A stretch of DNA of 64,000 nt, taken from contig NC_088802.1 in NCBI RefSeq assembly GCF_011386835.1, positions 52,328,001 to 52,392,000 on the forward strand, given 5' to 3'. Below are positions 52,492 through 62,398 of the stretch, in pieces (position 1 is the first letter of the stretch; each line of letters opens with the position of its first letter). Below the pieces are notes generated by a model. That model did no database searches, was not told where the DNA came from, and saw nothing but the letters and a program-made list of their open reading frames with translations. The translations under genes and the position numbers were made by a program. The stretch comes from Chrysemys picta bellii (lineage: Eukaryota).

Positions 52492-52503
52492 AGGCTTGTA
52501 AAA

Positions 52504-53724
52504 ATGCAAAGAAATAAGCTCAGCTACCCAAATTCTTCTCAAGAATGCACCACAGTGAGGGCAAAAAAAATGCAGAAGAGATTTCTCCACAAGGATGGCA
52601 GCTGCAATGTGTATTTCAAACACATCTTCGGAGAATGGGAGAGCTACGTGGCTGATATTTTCACCACATTAGTGGACATCAAATGGCGCCACATGTTTGT
52701 GATATTCTCTTTATCTTACATTCTTTCTTGGCTGTTCTTCGGCTTGGTCTTTTGGCTTATAGCAATCCAACATGGAGATTTAGTACATGATGAAGGAATA
52801 ACCCCTTGTGTTGCTAAGGTGCACAGCTTCACAGGAGCATTCTTATTCTCACTTGAAACCCAGACGACCATAGGCTACGGCTTTCGTTGTGTCACTGAAG
52901 AGTGCTCTGTAGCGATCCTCATGGTGGTTCTACAGTCGGTATTAAGCTGTATAATTGACACATTCATTATTGGAGCTGCCTTGGCTAAAATGGCCACCGC
53001 TCGAAAGAGAGCTCAGACCATCCGCTTCAGCTACTATGCCACCGTAGGCCTAAGAGATGATAAACTTTCCCTCATGTGGCGCATTGGTGATTTCCGGCCA
53101 AACCACATGGTTGAAGGCACAGTAAGAGCTCAGCTTCTGCGCTACATGGAAGATAAGGAAGGGAGAATGACAATGGAATACAAGGACTTGAAGTTACTAA
53201 ATGACCAGGTCATACTTGTTACACCAGTGACCATCGTACATGAAATTGACCATGACAGCCCTTTATACGGTCTAGATCGGAAAGCTTTGGCCAAAGACAG
53301 TTTTGAAATCTTGGTTACATTTGTCTACACTGGAGATTCAACTGGAACTTCACACCAGTCGAGAAGTTCATACGTCCCCCGAGAAATCCTTTGGGGACAC
53401 AGGTTCAACAATGTCTTGCAGGTGAGGAAAAAATACTACAACGTGGATTGCCTACAGTTTGAGGAAACCACAGAGGTTTACGCTCCCTATTGCAGCGCAA
53501 AGCAACTGGATAGGAAGGAACATGAATGGAACAGAACTAAGAAAACATTGGACAGAGGAACAAGTACATCAACACTGGAGGTCAGAGATACATCATTTAA
53601 GGCAGTTGCCCTCATCAGCAGTTCTGAAGATCCAGAAGATCTAATGAAAGCCGTCAACCAAGATTCTAGAGAACTGCCTTATCAGAAAGATCCACTGACC
53701 TTAAACAGAATCTCCAAGATGTAG
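52504..53724 (+). CDS. KCNJ16: Inward-rectifier K+ channel Kir5.1, single coding exon, 406 aa from the first ATG that is open to the stop
   Basis: TIGYG selectivity filter (ETQTTIGYGFRCVTEEC) and two hydrophobic TM segments. Kir5.1-type stretches HKDGSCNVYFKHIFGEW, KMATARKRAQTIRFS, WRIGDFRPNH and TGDSTGTSHQSRSSYVPREILWGHRF match human Kir5.1 as I recall it. Confidence 0.97.
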   Translation: MQRNKLSYPNSSQECTTVRAKKMQKRFLHKDGSCNVYFKHIFGEWESYVADIFTTLVDIKWRHMFVIFSLSYILSWLFFGLVFWLIAIQHGDLVHDEGITPCVAKVHSFTGAFLFSLETQTTIGYGFRCVTEECSVAILMVVLQSVLSCIIDTFIIGAALAKMATARKRAQTIRFSYYATVGLRDDKLSLMWRIGDFRPNHMVEGTVRAQLLRYMEDKEGRMTMEYKDLKLLNDQVILVTPVTIVHEIDHDSPLYGLDRKALAKDSFEILVTFVYTGDSTGTSHQSRSSYVPREILWGHRFNNVLQVRKKYYNVDCLQFEETTEVYAPYCSAKQLDRKEHEWNRTKKTLDRGTSTSTLEVRDTSFKAVALISSSEDPEDLMKAVNQDSRELPYQKDPLTLNRISKM

Positions 53725-53819
53725 CTATTCATTGCAATTAAAATTACTGCCCCAGCTGTTCCCTAAGCAGCCTGCAAAATATAAGCAGTGTTAAACTCCA
53801 TACACACCAGTATTTACAT

Positions 53820-53825
53820 AATAAA
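53820..53825 (+). promoter_or_regulatory. First AATAAA downstream of the KCNJ16 stop (candidate polyadenylation signal)
   Basis: AATAAA about 95 nt after TAG; usage unproven. Confidence 0.35.
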
Positions 53826-54497
53826 TCTAATTCTAAGTGTATACTCATCCAATCAGAGAATGAAAACAATATAATATGTCCTGTAGGTAGATTTTTCAAA
53901 GCTACCTAATTTATTTGGATGGCCAGTTCCCAAATTAATGGGATTTGGGTATCCATAATCTCACTGTGGTTTTGAAAATCCCTCAAAATTTCTCTACTCA
54001 AAACCTGAACACATATTGTATTTTGAATCTCAGAATTTTAGATGAAATTTTTTTGCAAAGATGCTTTTTGAAAATGTTTGGGAAATTTGATTGTTTTGAA
54101 ATCAGCATATACCGTGGTAAAATCTTTTGAAAATTCATGTTTTTGAAGAAAAATCCATAATATGGTAGTGAGAACAGATCTGTAATATGGTCATAGTGAT
54201 GAACTCTCTCAAGATTCTTTGCAATGCTCAGGAAGTGAAACCCAGGAGCTGTACCATAAAACAGTATTGCTGGCTTGCTTTTGTTATTTGTCCCCGCTTT
54301 ATCTGATCACTTTTTGTATTCTGGATCCTAATCTAAACCCTTAATACAGATTCCCTTGTTAATCTGGTTTTCACAGCAGTCTACCTGTAATCTCCTCTGC
54401 ATTATCTACAGTGCACGCCTGTTACAATTAATACAGTTCCTCGCATGGAACACTTTTCCAACAAGAAAAGGTGTCTCTGGAAACAGAACTATTGAAC

Positions 54498-55160
54498 TGA
54501 TGATGTAATGGGCGATCACTCGTTACCGAGGCTGATCATCTTCCATGGGAGTTATGGGTCCTCAGGTGGCTAATAAGGCCAATCCTTGAACCACAAGTTC
54601 TATTACAATGAGGGCAGATGTTTTCAGGCTTAGCAGGAGTCTGTTGACCACGACTGGAAGCCAGTCTCTCCTTCCTCCCGTGCCTCTTGTCTGCTCAGTG
54701 AGCAAGTTCAAAATGCAGAGGACCATCACATAGGATTTCACTCCATTTTAAGCGATCCTGGGCAAGTGTCTCCCAAGTGTCAACGTCAATATTACACTTT
54801 TTTAGGTTGTCCTTCAGCAAGTCCTTATAACACTTCCATTGTCCATCCACGTTACGCTGCCCCTCTTTCAGCAGAGAGAACAGGACCTGTTTTGGGAGGC
54901 GATGGTCTGGCATCTGGACAACATGACCAGTCCAGCAAAATTGCTGACGGATGATCATTGCCTCGATACTGGTGGTCTTTGCCTCTTCCAGAACACTAAT
55001 ATTGGTGCACCTGTCTTCCCATTTGATCTTCAGAATCTTACGAAGGCAGCGTTGATGTTGCCTCTCAAGGACTTTCGAGTGGTGTCTATAGGTTGTCCAA
55101 GTTTCGGTGCCATACAACAGTGTTGGGAGACTAATGGCTTGATAAACAAAAAACTTGGTG
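54498..55160 (-). mobile_element. 5'-truncated RTE-clade LINE (RTE-1/AviRTE-type C-terminus) with C2H2 zinc finger
   Basis: One frame reads TKFFVYQAISLPTLLYGTETWTTYR...WTGHVVQMPDHRLPKQVLF...H*ADKR...CPHCNRTCGSRIGLISHLRTH..*; short ATC-type tail; 11-bp TSD AACTATTGAAC (54487) / AATTGTTGAAC (55161). Confidence 0.9.
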
Positions 55161-55605
55161 AATTGTTGAACTATGCACGTTGCAAATGCATTAAAACCAT
55201 TTGGGGATTTTTCATTCTCTATCACCAATGGTCGGTCTGGCAAACACCTACGTGAGCAGATTTACTCATGTAATAAAGCAACATGTGTGAGTAAGTGTTT
55301 GTGGAAGAGGGTTTTATAAATAGAGTTTCATTGTATACAAGTTCACAATAAGCAGGTTGCCCTTTTCTGGAAACGCCTACTGCTAGTCAAATCCAGAGTA
55401 CAGTCATATGTTTCCTGCTGTAAGTACAGATATAGATGTGTGTGTCTGTACAAGAATGTATGGTTTGGGGCATAAGCCAACTGGTGTGGGTTAGGAAGAA
55501 ACTTCTTCTGTGGGCAGGTTAATTCATAACAGTCCACTACCAGAATTCTTATAGATTTATCTGAAGCATCTAAGGCTAGCCATTGTTGGAGACAGGACTA
55601 TAGAT

Positions 55606-55977
55606 CAGTGTTTCTCAAACTAGGGGTCCTGACCCAAATGGGTGTCGCAAGGCTATTATAGAGGGGTCTCAAGATCACAAAAAATATTGCTGGGGGGAGT
55701 GGGAGAGGGAGACAGCAGCTGACGCCCTGTATCATGCCACCTTTACTTCTGTGCTGCTGCTGGCAAGTGGCGCTGCCTTCAGAACTTGGCACCTGGCCAC
55801 CAGCCACAGCTCTCCAGCCACCCAGCGCTGAAGGAAATGCCTCCACCACAGAAGTAGTGGCAATACCAGGGTGTTCAACCCTATGAGTATGTACAGTAAT
55901 TTGCTATCACTTTGGGGGGGCAGGGGGCTGAAATATTTTCAAAGGGGGGCCCGGAAAAAAAAGTTTGAGAACCACTG
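55606..55977. mobile_element. hAT-Charlie-type MITE inside a CR1 3'UTR remnant
   Basis: TIRs CAGTGTTTCTCAAACT / AGTTTGAGAACCACTG; TSD not conserved. Confidence 0.7.
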
Positions 55978-57934
55978 AATGAATTACTGGTCTGATCCAG
56001 TTTGGCAATGCCTACATTCCTGCGTTTGCTGTTTTTATTGCATTTGTCAGAGTATATAAAATGTTGTATAATTAAGCCTGGGAATGCATGCATTGACTTT
56101 TCATTAATGAAGACACAGGAATAAAGACATGCATTAAGGGACAATGTATGCTACTGTCACATACACCCCATTATGGCACATTGTAACCCACATCCTCTCT
56201 GGGTCAGAGTGTTTGCAGCTTCCATGTCTTGTGCACTGAAGATGTCACGGAAAGATTTTCAGGGCGCAAGGTGGTACGGCTGCAGAATGAGAATTTAAAA
56301 ACAAAAGTGAAGCCCTCAACATTATGAATACATTCAAGGGAAGCCTCTTATCAAGAAGTCAGCTCATTTCACAGAACAATCCATCCACCACCCTGTGCTA
56401 TAGGTGACTTCCACTAGGTATCCCCCTCATCTAAAGTGACCATTGATCCTGGGCTGTTAATCAAAGACGCTTATTGAGCCCCAGCTTCCTTGGCTGTTGA
56501 GGGCCCTTTGATAGTGGAACTCGTGTGGTTCCACCAGCTAAAGGTGTGAATGGGATACAGAATCTCTGTCCAGCATGGAGTCCCATTTCACACAAACTTC
56601 CTGTATGATGTCATGCAGTGGGCGGAGCATGGCTGGCTCCTGTTTGAATCTTCCATCCTCTCTCCCATCACCGGACTTTGCAAACTCCTGCAGTGGCTGC
56701 TTCAGTCTGAATGGCACCGCAGCCTGGTGGCGGGTGAGAAAGAGGGCTTTTCGCCTCCCACCGGCTCTGGGTATCATCCCCGTGCCAGGCTGGGAACTAG
56801 ATGGAGAATTTGCCCCTGGAAAGCATGCAGCTTTTCCTCACTCACCGCTGTGGCAAAAAAATATGCACATCGGCAGCAGAAAAATGGGCAGAGGGTTTGC
56901 ACCAAAACCTATTGAAATTAATGGGAATCTTTTCACCCAGTGATCACGGGCCCACAAATGGCGAGGCTGTGCCTTTCAGATATGGCCCGGCGTTGGAATT
57001 ATTTGCTCAACGGGAACTCCCCCAGGCAATTTGACTGACTTTTGCAGAGTTCTGGAGAGAGGATTGGGGTGGTGGGGAATGTAGCAAGGCTGCAGCACCT
57101 GCTCCTTGTACAGAGGCAGATCTGAAGATTAGGGCAGAAGGGCAAAGAACGGTACGTAGCTCATCCCTTTGCTGCCCACCATAGAGAGACTAGGACTGGG
57201 AGAGACTGACTGCACCAGCAGAGAAGGAGACTGTGCTCTGAACTGAACAACCAGTTTGCCTCTTCCCTTTATCCAGCTCATTTTATTTCTTTTATTTCAG
57301 CAGAACATGCCTGATCATGCGAATTGTTGACTATAAAGTAAAAATCTCTTTGCAGTGGCCCCACGTATCATTAGTACAAGCTGCATCTCAGTTATTCTCT
57401 CCGCAAGCTCAGAACTATTGTTCTGAAGTCAAGGTTAGTTTATGATACAGGGAATATAATAAGACCTTATTATTTAAAAAAAATTTTTTTTTCCAGATCC
57501 GCCCCCACCATTCATTCAGGCAGTTGGCATTTCCTTCCCCATTATCATATATCATTTAGCGCATGTTTTCTGTGAAGTCAGTTTTCACATGGGGAACATA
57601 ATGTATAATCCCTTTGTTTACTCCTCATTTCTAAACACTGCGCAGGAGGTCTGACTTTGGCTCTCTACCTAACATGAAGCATTAAGCTGCACAGTCATTT
57701 CAGCAAATCGCAGGTGCAGTACTGTGCACTGAAGGCGTATTTGTAGGAACAAAACCTGCCTGTAAACACTTTACGGACATTTTTAAAAAAGTTTTGGCTG
57801 TTTCTAATCTGGGAGAATGCAGAGAGAAGGGGGTTGGGAGCAAGGTGACGATTTTAGGCAGCCCAATTAGGCTACATTTTAGCAGCTCTCTCATTTTCAA
57901 ATCATCAAGAAAGCAAGCAAAATAACATGTAGGG

Positions 57935-58227
57935 CAGGGGTCGGCAACCTTTCAGAAGTGCTGCGCCGAGTCTTCATTTATTCACTCTGATTTAAGGTTT
58001 CGTGTGCCAGTCATACATTTGAACGTTTTTAGATAGTCTCTTTCTATAAGTCTATAATAGAGAACTAAACTATTGTATGTAAAGTAAATAAGGTTTTTAA
58101 AATGTTTAAGAAGATTCATTTAAAATTAAATTAAAATGCAGAGCCCCCCCCCGGACCGGTGGCCAGGACCTGGGCTGTGTGAGTGCCACTGAAAATCAGC
58201 TCGCGTGCCATAGGTTGCCTCCCCCTG
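57935..58227. mobile_element. hAT MITE, inverted sister of 40718-41027
   Basis: TIRs CAGGGGTCGGCAACC / GGTTGCCTCCCCCTG; perfect TSD ATGTAGGG. Confidence 0.9.
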
Positions 58228-58274
58228 ATGTAGGGTAAGAACAAGTCCAGCGACTAAAGGAGCAAAGTTGGTGT

Positions 58275-58485
58275 CAGAGTAACAGCCGTGTTAGTCTGTA
58301 TCCATAAAAAGAACAGGAGTACTTGTGGCAGCTTAGAGACTAACAAATTTATTAGAGCATAAGCTTTCGTGGGCTACAGCCCACTCTTCAGCATGCATCC
58401 GAAGAAGTGGGCTGTAGCCCACAAAAGCTTATGCTCTAATAAATGTGTTAGTCTCTAAGGTGCCACAAGTCCTCCTGTTCTTTTT
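58275..58485. mobile_element. Penelope-derived palindromic element (180-nt inverted repeat 58306-58485)
   Basis: Arms aaaaagaacaggagtacttgtggca...ttcgtgggctacagcccac and gtgggctgtagcccacaaaagc...tgccacaagtcctcctgttcttttt are near-perfect reverse complements. Confidence 0.85.
58357..58398 (-). ncRNA. Minimal type-I hammerhead ribozyme-like motif
   Basis: Minus strand atGCATg-CTGAAGA-GTGGGC tgta GCCCAC-GAAA-GCTT-ATGC: intact CUGANGA and GAAA boxes, 6-bp stem II, palindromic AGCU stem III. Confidence 0.55.
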
Positions 58486-60249
58486 AAAGGCCCAAAGTAA
58501 TCATTGTATAGAGATTAGGGCCAAGATAGAAAATTTAGATCTGGATTTTGTTCAACTCCGCTCATTCTCTGCCCCCATCCTCTTCAAAAATTAATCCAGA
58601 ATCTGGTTCCAACAAGTTGAAGCCTGCTTCTAAGGTCAAATCCTAGCTCTACTGGAGTTGAATGGAAGTGAATCAAAGAAGCAGCATGTAGAGTTGGTAC
58701 TAAATTGGAAAATTCAGCTCTGGACTTTGACCACTGCCAAATTCAGAACTGATTCTTGCATATCTCTAGGAGTGTTCCTCTTTTTTTGCAAATGGGATAT
58801 TTATGTTGCCACCCATGCTCACTTCTTGCACAACGCTTGCAATGAAACCCCAGAACACCTCAAAACTCATTCATCATTTCAAACCCAAATCTCACTCTCA
58901 GCTTCTCAAAAGGTTCCCAAGCCTTCAGGCCAGACGTGGGCCCAGAATGGAATCAAACTGGGATGACTGAGATTCTGACATAAATCAGTCCCTTCACTTT
59001 CCCTCGCAAAGGAAAACCCCATGTAGACTGGAACAGAACCAACGTTTTGCACCAACCTATATGAAAGAATACAACTGGGTTTCATAGAACTCTAGTTGGA
59101 CTTCATACAACTACTGAAAATCAGGTAGGTTGTTAGTGGATGGCAGACATGCAGGGCTGGTAGACCTTGGTTTCCATTTACAGACAAGGGGGGTAAGAAA
59201 TCAAATCCCTTGGGTTTGCTCTTTGGCACTGGCACACTGTAAAGATGAAGGGTTTGACACACACAAAAATAATCGTCTGACATTAGCTCAGTCATAGCCC
59301 CTGAGACATATTTTTGGTCATCTGTGCGCCACCTTGTGGCCATAACAGGATACAGGCCTGAGCAGTCATTAAGCATGCTGGCCCCACTTGCTTCATGACG
59401 GATGCCGAGGTATTTAATGAAACATTTCTGGAAAGGACCGACTAGCAGAAAAGGGCTATAGACTAAAAATAATTCCTAAAGCTCATCCCAGAAAAGCCAT
59501 CCCTTCTCTTTCCATTCATCTTAGCTATTTCCCACCTGCCCATCTCTACAAAATCTGAGCACCAAAGTAGCATCTGTTTGCCAATAACATTTAGGAGACA
59601 TGGAATGCTCCAAATATTCAAAGCACTGTACAAGCATCAACCAATGTATTGTCCTGATACGCCGATGCACTACATTAAAAAGTGTTGTTACAACACATCA
59701 CAAATGGGGAAGCTATGACAGAGCAATTATATGGCATTGCCCAAATACAGGATTAGAACTCAAGACTTCCTAAATCTGACCCTTATGCTCAATCCATTAG
59801 ACATCACTGCCTCATTGCAATAAATCAAAACTCAGTGAATAAATAATGTTGCTATAAATACTGATTCTACACATGTTCAGTCCCTCTGATTTATACTGTA
59901 TCATCGCTCTTATATATAGAAGCAGAACTGGAGTGTTGCTTGCTTTGCCACTGTAGGTTTATATAACCAGCCAAAAACTGGCTACATTCCACCAGGGACC
60001 TTTCCAATAGAACAACAATCTATTTACAGTCAAAGATATTTACTTCAATGGGTATCAGTGACAAGAAGTTAAATGCTGCCAGTCTGTTTGGCTCTGCATG
60101 TGTGAGCCCAAGGGCTATAAAGATAATTCATTAAATACAACTACAAAATATCACTCTATGCTTATAACTGTAAATAATACAGAAGAATAGGCAGACTCTA
60201 AAATGGAAATGCCCTTATAATCACTTCACACTCAATGCTCCCTTCACTG

Positions 60250-60600
60250 TGCATAGCTGAACACAAATTTTCAAACAAGCGCCTTTGCGCTTTCTTCCAT
60301 GCTACATGGGAGGAGCTCCCTGTAAACATCTGCAGTGCAACCCCCTTGTCTTCCTTCATGTCCCTCCTTAAAACTCTCCTGTACCACGGTGCCCACAGAA
60401 AACTTGACAATGGTCAGGCAGCTGGAGTCACTGTTTTACATACTGAGCTGTATTGTCTCATTATTTCCTTGTGTACCCTCTGTCTGTTGTCTCTCATCTT
60501 ATATTTTGATTGTAAGCTCCTTGGGGCAGGGACCATCTTTTTGTTATGCATTTGTACAGCACCTAACACAATGGGGGCCTTGGGTCTATAACTAATGTCT
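60250..60600 (+). mobile_element. L2 LINE 3' fragment
   Basis: Translation KRLCAFFHATWEELPVNI..PLSSFMSLLKTLL resembles the L2 ORF2 end; tail gattgtaagctccttggggcagggacc...cagcacctaacacaatg. Confidence 0.7.
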
Positions 60601-60746
60601 CCAGGTGCGACTACAATACAAAAATGAACAACAGCACAAAGACAGGCAGGCCAAAGTCCCAGTAAGGTCACTAACCTCCACTGATCATGGCAGATATGAC
60701 CAGCACTCATTCCCTATATAGGCAGCCTGTTCGGGGCATGCTATAG

Positions 60747-61043
60747 CAGTGGTTCTCAACCTTTCCAGACTATTGCAACCCTTTCAGGAGTCTGAACCTC
60801 GATCCCCGCTGCCCAGGGCTTAAGCATATAACTTAGCTTTGGGGGCCCTTGTAGCATGGGGTCTTGGGCAACTGCCTGCTTGCCACCCTTTAATGTTCGC
60901 CTGGCACTTGCAACCCCTCTAAACCTCTCCTGTGACCTCCCTCGGGGTCGCAACACCCAGGTTGAGAAAAATTGATCTAGATGAGTCGATGGACCCCCAG
61001 GAAGACCTCGGGTACTTTGTACCTCCCTGGTGGAGAACCACTG
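60747..61043. mobile_element. Chimeric/nested hAT-Charlie MITE
   Basis: Outer TIRs CAGTGGTTCTCAACC / GGTGGAGAACCACTG, TSD TGCTATAG / GGCTATAG; an internal second right end GTTGAGAAAAATTG at 60961-60974. Confidence 0.75.
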
Positions 61044-61739
61044 GGCTATAGGATTTTAAGTTCTGTAAGAAATATGGTTAGTTTTAATGGGTGTAAAAGC
61101 TTCCACAGCCTAGGATGGGCACCAACACCAGAAAATGCAAAGAAACGGATAAGTCCTTGCTCAGGGTAGAAAGCTGGAAAAGACTCTTCTCAATATACCG
61201 TAGGGGAAAACTTCCTTCTCAGCCCAAATTTAGAGCTAGCTTCTGATATCCTTATTCATGCTAAGTAACGGCAGCCCCACTGATTTCAAAGGGACTGCTT
61301 CCAGGGTAAAGCACAGCACAGTAGTATGTGACTAGGGAGGCAGATTCTGGTAAACACCTCACCAGTTAATCACCATGGCTATAGGTTAAAATCCCCTCTC
61401 TCTGTTTGGCTAGTTACCAGCCTGTTCACAAAGACATGAATCCCCTCCCCACTGGGTTTTGCTATATATGTTTGTGGGTGTCACAGTGTGTTGAGCCCCA
61501 CTAACACTCAGGACAGCAGCATCTCCTCTCGAAGGGCCCCGCAAGCGCTTTCTCCTCCCTCTCTCTTCTTCTTCTGAGGGAAGTCATAAGAAAGGCACTG
61601 GCACTGACGGGAACAGTCTTCCATTAGGAAGGCCAATGCAAGAGATGCACCAGGATCACTTTGAAACCTGCATCATATCTGCCATCTCAGGATGCAGGTA
61701 CAATGCTGAAGAAGATGCAATCATCTCAGAGTGGAAGGG

Positions 61740-61740
<1 letters not shown>

Positions 61741-61770
<30 letters not shown>
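61741..61770 (+). repeat. Compound (TG)n(AG)n microsatellite
   Basis: Read directly. Confidence 0.9.
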
Positions 61771-61771
<1 letters not shown>

Positions 61772-62088
61772 ATAAATAGCCCCTCTGCCCTATTTAAGTT
61801 GGCTTTATTAAAATGGAACAGAGAGGGCTAAATTAACCTCAAGTTTCACTCCCATGAAAGATTTGCTATTTCACCCGCAGTGAATTTGGTCCAGTGTAAT
61901 TACTGTACAGTTGATTTTACCAGAGCTGATGAGAGCATGGGAACAGCATGACCATACAAAGGGAATAGTCACACACAGCTGATCTGTAATTATGGATCCC
62001 TTTTTTAAGCGCAGGAAGAACAGAAACACAGCTCTGTTGTCCTGGCTGCATCTATCATGCGGTTACCTCGCTGTAACTATGACACTCA

Positions 62089-62398
62089 GGGCTGGTCTAC
62101 ACTGGGAGGGGAAGGGGGGATAGATCTAAGATACGCAACTTCAGCTACGAGAATAGCGTAGTTGAAGTCGACGTATCTTAGATCGAATTAAAATTACTTA
62201 CTTGGCGTCCTCGCGGTGCGGGATCGACGGCTGCGGCTTCCCCGTCGACTTTGCGTCTGCCTCTCGCCGAGCTGGAGTTCAGCAGTTGATGGGAGAGCGA
62301 TCGGGGATCGATTTATCGCGTCTACACTACACGCGATAAATCGATCCCTGATAGGTCGATCACTACCCGCCAATCCGGTGGATAGTGTAGACATACCC
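62089..62398 (-). mobile_element. PIF/Harbinger-type MITE nested in an older related MITE (about 62044-62471)
   Basis: TIRs GGGCTGGTCTACACT / AGTGTAGACATACCC; flanks TCA/TCC; host sequence ends GTGTAGACCAGGCC at 62471. Confidence 0.85.

Noticed and set aside
52504-53724. KCNJ16 as a pseudogene because of the upstream TAG
   Set aside because: The 406-codon frame is uninterrupted and keeps the pore, TM and cytoplasmic motifs, and a usable downstream ATG exists.
55161-55243. N-terminal 27 aa of the 182-aa ORF (MPDRPLVIENEK...)
   Set aside because: Lies outside the RTE TSD boundary; fortuitous open frame in flanking DNA.
56538-57034. Overlapping ORFs on both strands in moderately GC-rich DNA
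   Set aside because: I recognise no protein or repeat in any frame; a blastx search would be needed to exclude a retrocopy or LTR fragment.
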